A program made the translations under genes and the position numbers. DNA of 64,000 nt from Verrucomicrobiales bacterium (GTDB lineage: Bacteria > Verrucomicrobiota > Verrucomicrobiia > Verrucomicrobiales > V1-33), in NCBI GenBank assembly GCA_046155625.1, contig JBJXFS010000359.1, positions 35,767 through 99,766 of the forward strand. Direction: 5' to 3'. Below the pieces are notes generated by a model that did not search any database, was not told the origin of the DNA, and saw only the letters and a program-made list of their open reading frames with translations. Below, in pieces: positions 1 through 9,451 of this stretch (position 1 is the first letter of the stretch; every line of letters begins with the position of its first letter).

Positions 1-214
1 TCTCGCCCTCCTCCCCAGCTCCACGCTCAGAACCCGCATGTACGTGTCGCTCGCCCGGATGGCAGATCGAGGCATCGCAGACAGCCGCCGTCACCACCTC
101 CGCGGCCTCCGAGCAGGAACACCAATATCCCTTGACCACCCCAAATACCTGAGCCACCGCCAGCGCCACCAAGACGAAGCAGGTAAGGACTGATCTATTG
201 GAGGTTAACCGCAC
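1..214 (-). CDS. possible N-terminal part of a hypothetical membrane/Cys-rich protein running off the left edge
   Basis: Hand translation of the minus strand from GTG (plus 214-212) gives VRLTSNRSVLTCFVLVALAVAQVFGVVKGYWCSCSEAAEVVTAAVCDASICHPGERHVHAG..., open to position 1. It has a hydrophobic N-terminus and is divergent from the UbiA-like gene. It is not in the ORF track because it is open-ended. No family recognised. Confidence 0.25.
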   Translation of the reverse strand, partial: MRLTSNRSVLTCFVLVALAVAQVFGVVKGYWCSCSEAAEVVTAAVCDASICHPGERHVHAGSERGAGEEGE

Positions 215-255
215 AAATGTAAAAGTCAGCGTAACGGCTCCAATTGCGATCTGAA

Positions 256-1206
256 ATGCCTCGCCTCACGCTTCATCAGACTCTGAACAACTCACGTTGG
301 TGGATTTACCAGCGAGAGCGGTTTCCCATTTTTGCCCACGGACTGCTCATCGCCGCTTTCAGCGCCTCGGCCGTCAGCTTCTCGGCCCTTCTGCGCGGCG
401 GTTCGCCTCCGCCAGCGATCGCTTCGTATCTGACGGCCTTCGTCACCTCATTCCTGCTCTTTCTGCAGCTTCGCATCGCCGACGAGCACAAAGACTTTGA
501 CGAAGACCGAGCGCACCGACCGTATCGGCCAGTCCCTCGCGGCCTCGTCACCCTGCGAGAGTTGGCCGCGCTCGCCGCGGCCGGGGCTTTCGCCCAGCTT
601 GTTTTGGCGGCGGCGGTCTCGTGGCACCTGGTCGGCCTGCTTCTCCTCACCTGGACATACCTGGCCCTCATGACCAAGGAGTTCTTCGTTCGTGATTGGC
701 TCGTCGCCCGTCCGGTCACGTACCTTTGGACTCACATGCTGATCATTCCGTTGGCGGACTTTTACGCGACCGCCTGCGATTGGCTGCGGGCGGGCCAGGC
801 CGCGCCACCCGGACTCTTTTGGTTCATCGCCGCCAGTTTCACCAACGGCGTCGCCTTGGAAATCGGTCGCAAAATCCGATCCCCCGACGGCGAGGAACCC
901 GGCGTCCGAACCTACTCGTCCCTCTGGGGGCCCAAGACCGCCACCACCGTCTGGCTCGCCGCCCTCGCCGCGACCGCCGCCTGCGCGCTGCCGGCCGCCC
1001 AGCGCATCGACTTCCTCGCGCCCGCCACCGTCGTACTGGGCAGCTTCTTCGTTACCGCCATTCTGATCGCGCGCGCGTTTGTCGCCAGTCCGATCATGCC
1101 ACGCGCCCGGCGCCTCGACCAGTTCTCCGCCCTTTGGACAGTCGCACTGTATTTAACCTTGGGGATCATCCCTCTGCTCCTTCGAGGCATCAGGTGGGAC
1201 GGGTGA
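256..1206 (+). CDS. UbiA-family-like integral membrane prenyltransferase
   Basis: ORF 244..1206 opens with TTG; the first ATG is at 256. Hydrophobic throughout, with multiple predicted TM helices. The Asp-rich loop LRIADEHKDFDEDRAHRPYRPVPRGL resembles the first UbiA motif (D-x-x-x-D ... RP-x-P-x-G). First gene of the same-strand operon. Confidence 0.6.
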   Translation: MPRLTLHQTLNNSRWWIYQRERFPIFAHGLLIAAFSASAVSFSALLRGGSPPPAIASYLTAFVTSFLLFLQLRIADEHKDFDEDRAHRPYRPVPRGLVTLRELAALAAAGAFAQLVLAAAVSWHLVGLLLLTWTYLALMTKEFFVRDWLVARPVTYLWTHMLIIPLADFYATACDWLRAGQAAPPGLFWFIAASFTNGVALEIGRKIRSPDGEEPGVRTYSSLWGPKTATTVWLAALAATAACALPAAQRIDFLAPATVVLGSFFVTAILIARAFVASPIMPRARRLDQFSALWTVALYLTLGIIPLLLRGIRWDG

Positions 1207-1306
1207 TCCTGCCAGGGCTTGGCGCGGATCTCCGCCCAATGGCGGATGGCAATCTGATTGGAGACGGGCATGGTCGGGATGGCCGCCAGGGTGCGGCGCC
1301 GCCTTG

Positions 1307-4045
1307 ATGACATTCGTATTCTGGCCAGAAAATGCCTCCACCGCCGGTGATATCGGCGGCAAGGCGTTGGCGTTATGGAGTTTGAGAGATAGTGGTCTCT
1401 CCGTTCCGGCATGGTTTGCGGTGTTGCCGTCGGCCTTTGCCGCCAGTGTGCCGGATTCTTTGAGGCAGTCCCTCCACCGCGACCTGGCCGACGCGGAGGC
1501 GGACTTATTGGGTGACGATTTGACCGGCGTGACCCCAAGCCGGGAGGTCGCCGTCGAGCTTGCGGCAGCAGTGGCGCGGCGGGCGCCAGCCGGCGAGTGG
1601 CTGGCGGTGCGTTCATCGGCGGTGGACGAAGATGGGATTGCGACCTCGTTCGCCGGCCAGTACGAATCCCTCTTGGCGGTGCGGCCAGACCAGGTCCTGG
1701 AGGCCGTGGCCACGGTGTGGCGCTCGGCATTCTCGAGCCGCGTCAGCGCGTATCGCAGGGCGCGCGGTCTCCCGGCCAAGTTGTCGGTACCGGCGGTTTT
1801 GGTGCAACGGTTGGTCCGGGCCGACTCCTCAGGTGTCGTTTTTGGCGCGGATCCGGTGAGCGGCCGACGCGACCGGTTAGTGGTGTCGGCAGTTCCCGGA
1901 TTTGGGATCGGACTAGTCCAAGGCGAGACCGATGCGGATACGTGGCACCTCGATGCGGACGGGCATGTGCTCAGCCGGAAGATCGCCCGCAAACCGGCCG
2001 CTTGGCGACTCGGTGACGGCGCCCTGAGTCAGCAACCGTTGAGCGAAAAGGACGGTGGACGAGCCACGCTCACCGACACCCAACTCGCCGAACTGGCCGG
2101 CGTGACCCGGACCGCGGGGCGCCATTTTGGAAGCCCGCAGGATGTCGAGTGGGCCATCGAGAACGGAACCATCCATATCGTCCAATCGCGGCCCATCACC
2201 ACGCTGAGCAACCGGCCCATCGATGACGCCCCGGTCGCAATCTGGGATAACAGCAACATCGTCGAAAGTTACTCGGGTGTGACGACGCCACTGACCTTCT
2301 CGTTTGCACAACGCGCCTATGAAGGCGTTTACCGTCAGTTCTGCCGGTTGCTGGCCGTGCCGGCCGCCCGGATCGAGGCCAGTGACCAGGTATTCCGAGG
2401 CATGCTTGGGCTGCACCAAGGACGGATCTACTACAACCTGTTGAACTGGTACCGCGTTCTCGCTCTGCTACCGGGGTTCACCGTGAACCGACGGTTCATG
2501 GAGCAAATGATGGGAGTGAAAGAACCGATGCCGACGGATGTCGTCGCCACACTGGAATCGGCGGGATCCGGAGCGCGCATCCGGGACGGCCTTCGGCTCG
2601 CTCTGAGCACCGTCACCCTCGTCGTCCACCACTGGCGCCTGCCTGCGATGATCCGGCGGTTCCGGACCCGCTTGGACGAGGCTCTCAGCTCTCAAGACAC
2701 CGCCTTGGACCAGCAACACTCCGGAACTCTGGCCTCATCGTTTCTCGACCTCGAACGTCGACTGCTCCGCCGCTGGGACGCTCCCCTGATCAACGATTTC
2801 CTAACGATGATCTTCTTCGGGGTGCTGCGCGATCTGACCGCCCGGTGGAGTGGCCAGACAGACGCGATGCTCCACAACGACCTGCTGAGCGACGGCGGCG
2901 GCATGCTGAGCGCTGAACCCGCACGCCTCATCGCCAACCTGGCTGGGCTGGCCACTGCTATTTCCGAATTACCGGCGCTCCTCATGCACGGCGATCGCGC
3001 CGCCATTGATGCCGCAATTGACCACGCGCCAACGCTCCGAACCGGGATTGACGCGTATCTCGCGCGCTTCGGCGAACGATGCTTCGACGAACTCAAGCTC
3101 GAAAGCTCCACCTTGCTCGACAACCCATTGCCGCTCTACCGCGCCATCGGAAGACTGGCGTCCAAACCAGCGTCCACAGCCGACTACACGCCGACTCCCA
3201 CTTCCGCCACCCCGCGCACCACCGCGGAAAAACGCATGGCCCGCACACTGGCCGGCCACCCAATACGGACCCTCGTCTTTCGCTGGGTCCTGCATCGAGC
3301 CCGCACCGGCGTGCGCGATCGTGAGAACCTGCGCCTCGAACGCACACGCCTTTTCGGTCGCGTGCGCCATCTCCTGCGCGCCCTGGGTCGGCGCTTTCAT
3401 GAGGCGGGAGCGCTCGATCACCCGGACGATGTGTTTTTTCTCGAGATCGATGAAGTGCTCAATCACGTCTCCGGTACCGGCTCCTCCGTGCAACTCCGCG
3501 CCCTCGCTGACCTGCGCCGCAAGGAATTCCAGGCTTATCGTCGCGCGGCCCCGCCGCCCAACCGCTTCACCACCCATGGCATCCCAAGCGCTCATCGGCC
3601 GGTCAGCGATGTCGAATCCACGGGCGCATCTGCGACCCACTCCGCGGCAGAGTCGTCCGCCACGACCAGCGATGAGCGCCGCGGTCTCGGATGCTGCCCG
3701 GGAAAGGTGCGCGGCCGAGTCTGTGTGGTGACCGATCCGGCCCAGACCGGCGTGCGGCCGGGCGACATTCTGGTGGCCGAGCGTACCGACCCCGGCTGGG
3801 TGCTCTTGTTTCCTTGTGCGGCCGGCCTGCTGGTCGAGCGCGGCAGCCTGCTCTCGCACTCCGCCATTGTCGCCCGCGAACTCCGCCTGCCCGCCATCGT
3901 GTCCATCATCGGCCTGATGTCGTGGCTCCGCGACGGTGATCACGTGGAATTCGACGGCGCCTCCGGCGTGGTGCGCCGGCTTTCTTCGGCCCGAACGATT
4001 TCCGCCGGCCCGCCATCGATTTCGTCGATACTTGTGGCCGATTAA
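1307..4045 (+). CDS. PEP/pyruvate-binding (ATP-grasp) + swivel-His 'PEP-utilising' dikinase-like protein (PpsA / rifampin-phosphotransferase architecture)
   Basis: The N-terminus GDIGGKALALWSL..GLSVPAWFAV ... SPQDVEWAIENGTIHIVQSRPIT matches the PPDK_N ATP-grasp signature. The C-terminus TDPGWVLLFPCAAGLLVERGSLLSHSAIVARELRLPAIV matches the PEP-utilisers mobile His domain. There is no C-terminal TIM-barrel PEP-binding domain. ATG at 1307 directly follows the TTG at 1304. Confidence 0.85.
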   Translation: MTFVFWPENASTAGDIGGKALALWSLRDSGLSVPAWFAVLPSAFAASVPDSLRQSLHRDLADAEADLLGDDLTGVTPSREVAVELAAAVARRAPAGEWLAVRSSAVDEDGIATSFAGQYESLLAVRPDQVLEAVATVWRSAFSSRVSAYRRARGLPAKLSVPAVLVQRLVRADSSGVVFGADPVSGRRDRLVVSAVPGFGIGLVQGETDADTWHLDADGHVLSRKIARKPAAWRLGDGALSQQPLSEKDGGRATLTDTQLAELAGVTRTAGRHFGSPQDVEWAIENGTIHIVQSRPITTLSNRPIDDAPVAIWDNSNIVESYSGVTTPLTFSFAQRAYEGVYRQFCRLLAVPAARIEASDQVFRGMLGLHQGRIYYNLLNWYRVLALLPGFTVNRRFMEQMMGVKEPMPTDVVATLESAGSGARIRDGLRLALSTVTLVVHHWRLPAMIRRFRTRLDEALSSQDTALDQQHSGTLASSFLDLERRLLRRWDAPLINDFLTMIFFGVLRDLTARWSGQTDAMLHNDLLSDGGGMLSAEPARLIANLAGLATAISELPALLMHGDRAAIDAAIDHAPTLRTGIDAYLARFGERCFDELKLESSTLLDNPLPLYRAIGRLASKPASTADYTPTPTSATPRTTAEKRMARTLAGHPIRTLVFRWVLHRARTGVRDRENLRLERTRLFGRVRHLLRALGRRFHEAGALDHPDDVFFLEIDEVLNHVSGTGSSVQLRALADLRRKEFQAYRRAAPPPNRFTTHGIPSAHRPVSDVESTGASATHSAAESSATTSDERRGLGCCPGKVRGRVCVVTDPAQTGVRPGDILVAERTDPGWVLLFPCAAGLLVERGSLLSHSAIVARELRLPAIVSIIGLMSWLRDGDHVEFDGASGVVRRLSSARTISAGPPSISSILVAD

Positions 4046-4085
4046 TATATTGGATCATTTTCGTCTCATCAGAGCACTTTCCTCA

Positions 4086-6608
4086 ATGATCTTGCCCCCC
4101 ACTCTCGAACTGCGACACGGTGCCACTCAGGAGTCAGTGCCGCCGCCGCCCCATCACAAGCCGCGGCTCACGGAACTCCTCGAATCGCTGAGGCTCGATG
4201 TTGATTACGAGCGGGGCGACGGATGCTATTTATATGGTCGCGACGAACAGGGCGCCGAGGTTGAGGTGTTGGACTTGGTCGGCGGCTATGGATCTCTCTT
4301 GCTTGGGCACGCGCATCCTGAGTTGGTGGCGGAGGCCCAGCGGTTGCTCGCCTCGGGCATACCCATCCACGCGCAGGGAACGCGCTCCGCGATGGCGGAG
4401 CGCCTGGCGAGTGCCTTGTCCCGCCGCGCGCAGGGTGACTATTGCGTTGTCTTTGGAAACTCGGGCACGGAAGCGATCGAGGCGGCCGTCAAGCATGCCA
4501 TGCTCGAAACCGGCGCCCGCACGTTCATCGCCCTCGAACGCGGCTTCCACGGGAAAACCCTGGGCGCCCTGCAATTGACGGCTCACCTCAACCATCGCGG
4601 CGGCTGGGAAACACCCGGGCTTTCAGTGATCCGCGTTCCCTTGAATGATGGGCAGGCGCTCGACCGCGCCTTCGCCGAGGCTGGGCGTCCCGCCGGGTTC
4701 ATTTATGAGCCGGTGCAAGGCGAAGGCGGCGTGCATGCCATGGATCCGGCCTTTGCGCAACGCGCCGCCGGCTTGTGTCGCGCCACTGGAGCCCCCCTCA
4801 TTGCCGATGAATGCCAGACTGGCCTCGGCCGAACCGGTACGTTTCTCGCCAGCGAACAACTCGGCGTGCGGCCGGATTACATCGTGCTCTCGAAGGCACT
4901 GGGCGGCGGGCTGGCCAAAATTTCCGCACTCCTCGTCCGGCGCGATCGCTATTGCGATGCGTTTGATCTCAAACACACCAGCACCTTCGCGGGAGATGCC
5001 TTCTCGTGCGCCATCGCCCTCAAAGTCCTGGATCTCGTCAGACCCGAGTTGATGACCGCGTGCCGCGAAAAGGGCGATAGGCTCATGCGCGGATTGGCGA
5101 CGTTGGCCGCCCGCTACCCGTCCGTCGTCTCGGAGGTGCGCGGCCAGGGGTTACTCGCTGCCATTCAGTTCCGCCGGTTGCGCCAATCGCCCAGCTTCGT
5201 CCTGCGGTTGCTGAGCGCTCAGGAGGATCTGACTTATGCCCTGACCAGCCATCTTTTGGCGCGCCACCGGCTGCGCGTCGCTCCCACCTTGAGCGATCCG
5301 TTCGTCCTTCGCCTCGAACCCTCTGCGTTGATCGACGACCAGGAAATCGATCGCACCGTGCAGGCGCTCGACTCGGTCTGCCAGCTCCTCGAAGCGGGTG
5401 ATGCCGTGAACCTCATGAGACATCTCGGCAACGGACGCGCCCCCGAATCTGGCTACCCGCGATGCCTCCGCGATGACCATCGCCTCGTGTTCTTCAATGA
5501 ACCGCGGGATCTCAAGCCAAGCGCCGACGCCCCCCCCGTCAAAGTCGCCTGGCTGTGCCACATGATCGACGACCAGGACTTCATCTCGCTTGATTCATCG
5601 TTTTCCGAATTGTCCCGACTCGACCGGAACGCCCTGCTGAACCGCTGGCTGCCCCGCGCGTCCCCGGTCGTGATGAGCCGGGTGGCCGTCAGGTCCACTC
5701 GGGGCACGGTTGTCGAGTTTCTGCCGATCATGCTGCCGTTTACATCCCGTTGGGTGAAGGAAGCGATGGATGCGCGCAGCCTCGATGCCGCCCAGGAACT
5801 CGTCCAGCGCGGCGTGGAAACGGCTGAAGCACTGGGATGCCGCCTCGTCTCGCTCGGCCAGTATACGTCGATGGTGACGATGAACGGTACGCGACTCGAT
5901 CCCCGCGGTCTCGGCATCACCACAGGCAACAGTTATGCGATCGCGCTGGCGATGCAAGCCGTGGCACGAGCCTGCCGGGATGGCGGAATTGAACCGTCGG
6001 CCAGCACTGTGGCGGTCGCCGGCGCCACCGGCAATATCGGGCGCACCTGTGCTCAGATTCTGGCCCGCCACTTTCGCCGGATCATCCTGATCGGATCCTC
6101 ACGGAGTGGGTCATTGGCGCGCCTTAAAACACTCGCCGCTTCTTTGCCCGATGCCGTGGTGGCCACTGACTTGAGCGCCGCCGCCAGGGCTGAAGTGGTG
6201 GTGGCCGCGATGAACTCGGTCGAGGCCCCGATCGAAAGCGCTCACCTCGCTCCAGGGGCGGTGGTCTGCGATCTCTCGATCCCTGCCAGCGTGCTCCCGG
6301 ACTTGAACGCGCACCGACCGGATGTCCGCATCATCCTCGGCGGCTTGGCCGCTCTGCCTTTCGCGGAAGACCTGCGTATCACCGGGTTCCCTCGACCCGC
6401 CGGACAAATCTACGCCTGCATGGCCGAAGCCATGATCCTCGGCTTCGAAGATCGGCGCGATCGTTGGTTCACCGGTTCGCTGAGCCCGGACCATGTCACG
6501 CACATCGCCCGCCTGGCCAATCATCATGGATTCAAGTTGGCCGCCTACAAGGAGAGCTCCGTGCTCGGATCCCCTCACCATGAACCCGCCTTCGCCATCG
6601 CCCGTTAA
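4086..6608 (+). CDS. fusion protein: class-III (PLP) aminotransferase + long-chain acyl-ACP reductase (AAR)-like NAD(P)H domain
   Basis: N-terminal half: LDLVGGYGSLLLGHAHPELV, NSGTEAIEAAVKHA, ADECQTGLGRTG and LSKALGGG (Lys codon 4893-4895) are class-III aminotransferase motifs. C-terminal half (from ~5538): SLGQYTSM, ITTGNSYA, the Rossmann loop TVAVAGATGNIGRTCAQIL, and IYACMAEAMILGFE (Cys codon 6417-6419). By eye these are collinear with cyanobacterial AAR (..VAVVGATGDIGSAVCRWL.. / ..MFACFAEAMLLEFE.., recalled from memory). I chose the ATG at 4086; the ORF is open from 3936. Confidence 0.85.
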   Translation: MILPPTLELRHGATQESVPPPPHHKPRLTELLESLRLDVDYERGDGCYLYGRDEQGAEVEVLDLVGGYGSLLLGHAHPELVAEAQRLLASGIPIHAQGTRSAMAERLASALSRRAQGDYCVVFGNSGTEAIEAAVKHAMLETGARTFIALERGFHGKTLGALQLTAHLNHRGGWETPGLSVIRVPLNDGQALDRAFAEAGRPAGFIYEPVQGEGGVHAMDPAFAQRAAGLCRATGAPLIADECQTGLGRTGTFLASEQLGVRPDYIVLSKALGGGLAKISALLVRRDRYCDAFDLKHTSTFAGDAFSCAIALKVLDLVRPELMTACREKGDRLMRGLATLAARYPSVVSEVRGQGLLAAIQFRRLRQSPSFVLRLLSAQEDLTYALTSHLLARHRLRVAPTLSDPFVLRLEPSALIDDQEIDRTVQALDSVCQLLEAGDAVNLMRHLGNGRAPESGYPRCLRDDHRLVFFNEPRDLKPSADAPPVKVAWLCHMIDDQDFISLDSSFSELSRLDRNALLNRWLPRASPVVMSRVAVRSTRGTVVEFLPIMLPFTSRWVKEAMDARSLDAAQELVQRGVETAEALGCRLVSLGQYTSMVTMNGTRLDPRGLGITTGNSYAIALAMQAVARACRDGGIEPSASTVAVAGATGNIGRTCAQILARHFRRIILIGSSRSGSLARLKTLAASLPDAVVATDLSAAARAEVVVAAMNSVEAPIESAHLAPGAVVCDLSIPASVLPDLNAHRPDVRIILGGLAALPFAEDLRITGFPRPAGQIYACMAEAMILGFEDRRDRWFTGSLSPDHVTHIARLANHHGFKLAAYKESSVLGSPHHEPAFAIAR

Positions 6609-8772
6609 AACGTCCCACCACGAAATCGGCGGCAAGGCGGCGACGTTGGTCGACTTGCAACTCGCCGGCTTCCAGGTGCCTGAGTTCCTGTGCACAACCG
6701 ACGCTTCATCCGCGGTCGCCACGCTCGGGTTGCCGCTCGCCGTGCGATCCTCGGCCTCGGCCGAGGACGGGCGCCAGGCGTCATTCGCCGGTCAATTCCG
6801 CAGCTTCCTCAATCTCCAGTCGGTGGATGAAGTTCAAACGGCCATCGGCCGCTGTCTCGCCTCGCTGGGAGCTGAGGCCGTCGCGAATTATTGCCGCCAC
6901 CATGGACTCGATCCGCGTTCGCTCCGCATGACGGTGATCGTGCAGCGGATGATCCAGCCAGAGTTATCGGGGGTTGCCTTTACCGTCAATCCGGCCACGG
7001 GGAGCGAGGAAGTAGTGGTTGAGGCGTGCGAAGGCGTGGGCGAGGCGTTGATGGCCGGGCACGCGGCCGCTCTGCCGCCCGACCACCCGATCCTCCGCCG
7101 ACACGCGGCGGAAATCACTCGGCTGGCTCGTGACATCCAAAGACATTTTGGAACGCCGCAGGACATTGAGTTCGCCGTGCAAGACGAGCGCGTGTTCATT
7201 TTACAGGCGCGACCCGTGACGCGCATCCAATTTGCCCCCGGCACAGGCGAGTGGACCAATGCGGACTTTCGTGACGGCGGCGTCTCGTCCGGTGTCTGCA
7301 CGCCGCTCATGTGGTCGTTGTACGACTTCATTTGGGAGGACGCGCTCAAGGGGTTTCTCCGCGACATCCGGCTGTTCCGCGGCGATTTCCCGGCGGGACG
7401 CGTCTTTTTCGGCCGGCCGTACTGGAACCTCGGCGCCGTGAAACACTGCCTCGCCCGACTCCCTGGCTTCGTGGAGCGCGAGTTCGACCGCGACCTCGGC
7501 GTGGAGCCCGCCTACGACGGCGACGGCAAGGTGACGCCGGTCACCCTGCGCGGCGTGCTGCGCGCACTGCCGACCATCGCTGCCATCCCGGCAGTTTGGA
7601 GACGACAGGAACGCGTGGCCCGCGAACTGCTGGACGGCGGCTTCGACCGGTTGACCTCCGGCTTCCGCACCATCCCCGATGATCCGGTGCCCGCCTTGCA
7701 GCAACTGGTCGAATTCGCTTACCGCACGGTGGAAACTGAGTACTTCCGCACGATCTATTGCGCATCGCTGGCCAAGCTCGCGTTCCTGGAGTCGTTTCCC
7801 GATGCCGACTACCCCGCGCTGGTTTCGGCGCTTCCGGAAATGAGGCATCTCGACCCCACGCGGGCCATGCGCGCGATGGTTCGCCGGGGCGAGTGCGATC
7901 CGGCCTCCTTTCAGCAGGCGTTTGCCCACCGCAGCCGCCGCGAGCTGGATATCCGTGCGCCGCGCTGGGACGAAGATCCCGAGTGGGTGCGGCAGATGAT
8001 CGAGCACGCCGGGACCGAACCCCCCGCCGATCCACAGCCGGCGTACCTCCGCGCGAGGGTCAAGGCGATGGCCGCCCTGCCCCGGCGGAAGCGCCGCTCG
8101 TTCGAACGCAAGCTCGACCGCCTGCGCACTTTCCTTTGGCTGCGCGAGGAAATGCGCGATCTCTCGAGCCGGATGTACCACCTGATCCGTCGCCACGTGC
8201 TCGCCGTGGCCCGCCAACGCCGACTCGGTGATGACATTTTCTTCATGACCTTCGGGGAAATCCTCGCCGACAACAGATCGGGCATACCGCGAGCGCGCGA
8301 GACTTACGAGGCATTCCGAAATTTCAAGGCGCCCAACGAAATCAGGTCCGGCATGGCCAGCCGCGTGGCACGCCAAAACGGCGAGCTGACAGGCACTGCG
8401 GCGAGCCGGGGAGTCGTGCGTGGGACGGCCCGCATCGCGCGTTCGATCGAAGAGGCGATGACGGTTGAGCGCGGCGCCGTGCTGATATGCCCCTTTACCG
8501 ACCCCGGCTGGACGCCGGTCCTCGATCGTGTGGCCGCCGTGGTCACCGAAACCGGCGGGTTGCTCTCGCACGCCGCAGTCATCTGCCGTGAATTCGCCCT
8601 GCCCGCCGTGCTCGGCGTGCCCGACGCCACTTCCCGCATCCCTCAGGGAGCCACCGTGGTCGTTGACGGCCAGTCCGGAGTCGTCACGATCGAAAGCGCG
8701 GCCCCCTCGCTGAGGGTCGAATGCCCCGTTCACACCCCAGTCACATCACAACAATCCGCCACCGCCTCATGA
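6580..8772 (+). CDS. second PEP/pyruvate-binding + swivel-His dikinase-like protein (paralog type of 1307..4045)
   Basis: HHEIGGKAATLVDLQLAGFQVPEF ... TPQDIEFAVQDERVFILQARPVT matches PPDK_N. The C-terminal FTDPGWTPVLDRVAAVVTETGGLLSHAAVICREFALPAVLG matches the mobile His domain. ATG 6580 overlaps the upstream stop at 6608 by 29 nt. The ORF is open from 6493. Confidence 0.85.
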   Translation: MNPPSPSPVKTSHHEIGGKAATLVDLQLAGFQVPEFLCTTDASSAVATLGLPLAVRSSASAEDGRQASFAGQFRSFLNLQSVDEVQTAIGRCLASLGAEAVANYCRHHGLDPRSLRMTVIVQRMIQPELSGVAFTVNPATGSEEVVVEACEGVGEALMAGHAAALPPDHPILRRHAAEITRLARDIQRHFGTPQDIEFAVQDERVFILQARPVTRIQFAPGTGEWTNADFRDGGVSSGVCTPLMWSLYDFIWEDALKGFLRDIRLFRGDFPAGRVFFGRPYWNLGAVKHCLARLPGFVEREFDRDLGVEPAYDGDGKVTPVTLRGVLRALPTIAAIPAVWRRQERVARELLDGGFDRLTSGFRTIPDDPVPALQQLVEFAYRTVETEYFRTIYCASLAKLAFLESFPDADYPALVSALPEMRHLDPTRAMRAMVRRGECDPASFQQAFAHRSRRELDIRAPRWDEDPEWVRQMIEHAGTEPPADPQPAYLRARVKAMAALPRRKRRSFERKLDRLRTFLWLREEMRDLSSRMYHLIRRHVLAVARQRRLGDDIFFMTFGEILADNRSGIPRARETYEAFRNFKAPNEIRSGMASRVARQNGELTGTAASRGVVRGTARIARSIEEAMTVERGAVLICPFTDPGWTPVLDRVAAVVTETGGLLSHAAVICREFALPAVLGVPDATSRIPQGATVVVDGQSGVVTIESAAPSLRVECPVHTPVTSQQSATAS

Positions 8773-9407
8773 ACCACCGACTCGCCGCCTACGCCGCCGC
8801 CCTCGCTTTCACTTTAATGCCGACGCCCGGCCTCGGCCAGGCGCCCGACGCCGCGGCCCCCGAGGCACCGGCTATTACCAGTCCCGGCGACACTAGCCCA
8901 GACGCCGAAGCGGCGCACGAGGCGCTGCGCGCGTTGCGCACGGAAATCATCGACGCCATCACCAAGGGAGACATGGATCGTGTGCTCAACTCGGTCACTC
9001 CAAATGTCGTGGTCACCTGGCAGAACAACGAAGTCTGCCGTGGTCGCGACGGGCTTCGCGATTTTTTCAATCGCATGGGCAAGGATGCGTTCAAGGGGTA
9101 CAAGGTGCCACCCACCCCGGACGACCTGACCCTGCTTCACGACGGCGATACGGGAATCTCGGTCGGCGAAACCGTCGCCGCCTACAACCTGCTCGGCGGA
9201 TCGTACGAACTTAAAAGCCGGTGGACCGCCACCCTGGTCAAAGAAGGCGACCGTTGGCTGCTCGCCGGCTACCACATCTCCATGAATGTGCTCGACAACC
9301 CGATCCTCGCCGCGGCCAAAGGATCGCTCTATGGCGTGGCGGGCGCCACACTGGTCGTTGGACTGGCGGTCGGTTTCATTCTCGGACGCAGGCGCCGTGC
9401 CGCGTAA
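8769..9407 (+). CDS. NTF2-like (SnoaL/DUF4440-type) protein with N-terminal signal peptide and C-terminal TM anchor
   Basis: MNHRLAAYAAALAFTLMPTPGLGQA is signal-like. The core ..ITKGDMDRVLNSVTPNVVVTWQNNEVCRGRDGLRDFF...GDRWLLAGYHISMNV is typical of the NTF2-like fold. The C-terminal LYGVAGATLVVGLAVGFILGRRRR is a TM helix followed by a basic tail. The start ATG overlaps the upstream TGA (ATGA at 8769-8772). Confidence 0.6.
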   Translation: MNHRLAAYAAALAFTLMPTPGLGQAPDAAAPEAPAITSPGDTSPDAEAAHEALRALRTEIIDAITKGDMDRVLNSVTPNVVVTWQNNEVCRGRDGLRDFFNRMGKDAFKGYKVPPTPDDLTLLHDGDTGISVGETVAAYNLLGGSYELKSRWTATLVKEGDRWLLAGYHISMNVLDNPILAAAKGSLYGVAGATLVVGLAVGFILGRRRRAA

Positions 9408-9451
9408 ACCGCCGCCGGTCGCCGGCCACCGGCCCCCCTCGATCGCCACCG

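Noticed and set aside
3936-4085. Extension of the aminotransferase-AAR ORF into the end of the upstream dikinase gene
   Set aside because: It overlaps the upstream CDS by 110 nt and adds no homology. ATG 4086 follows an AT-rich spacer and precedes the class-III aminotransferase homology.
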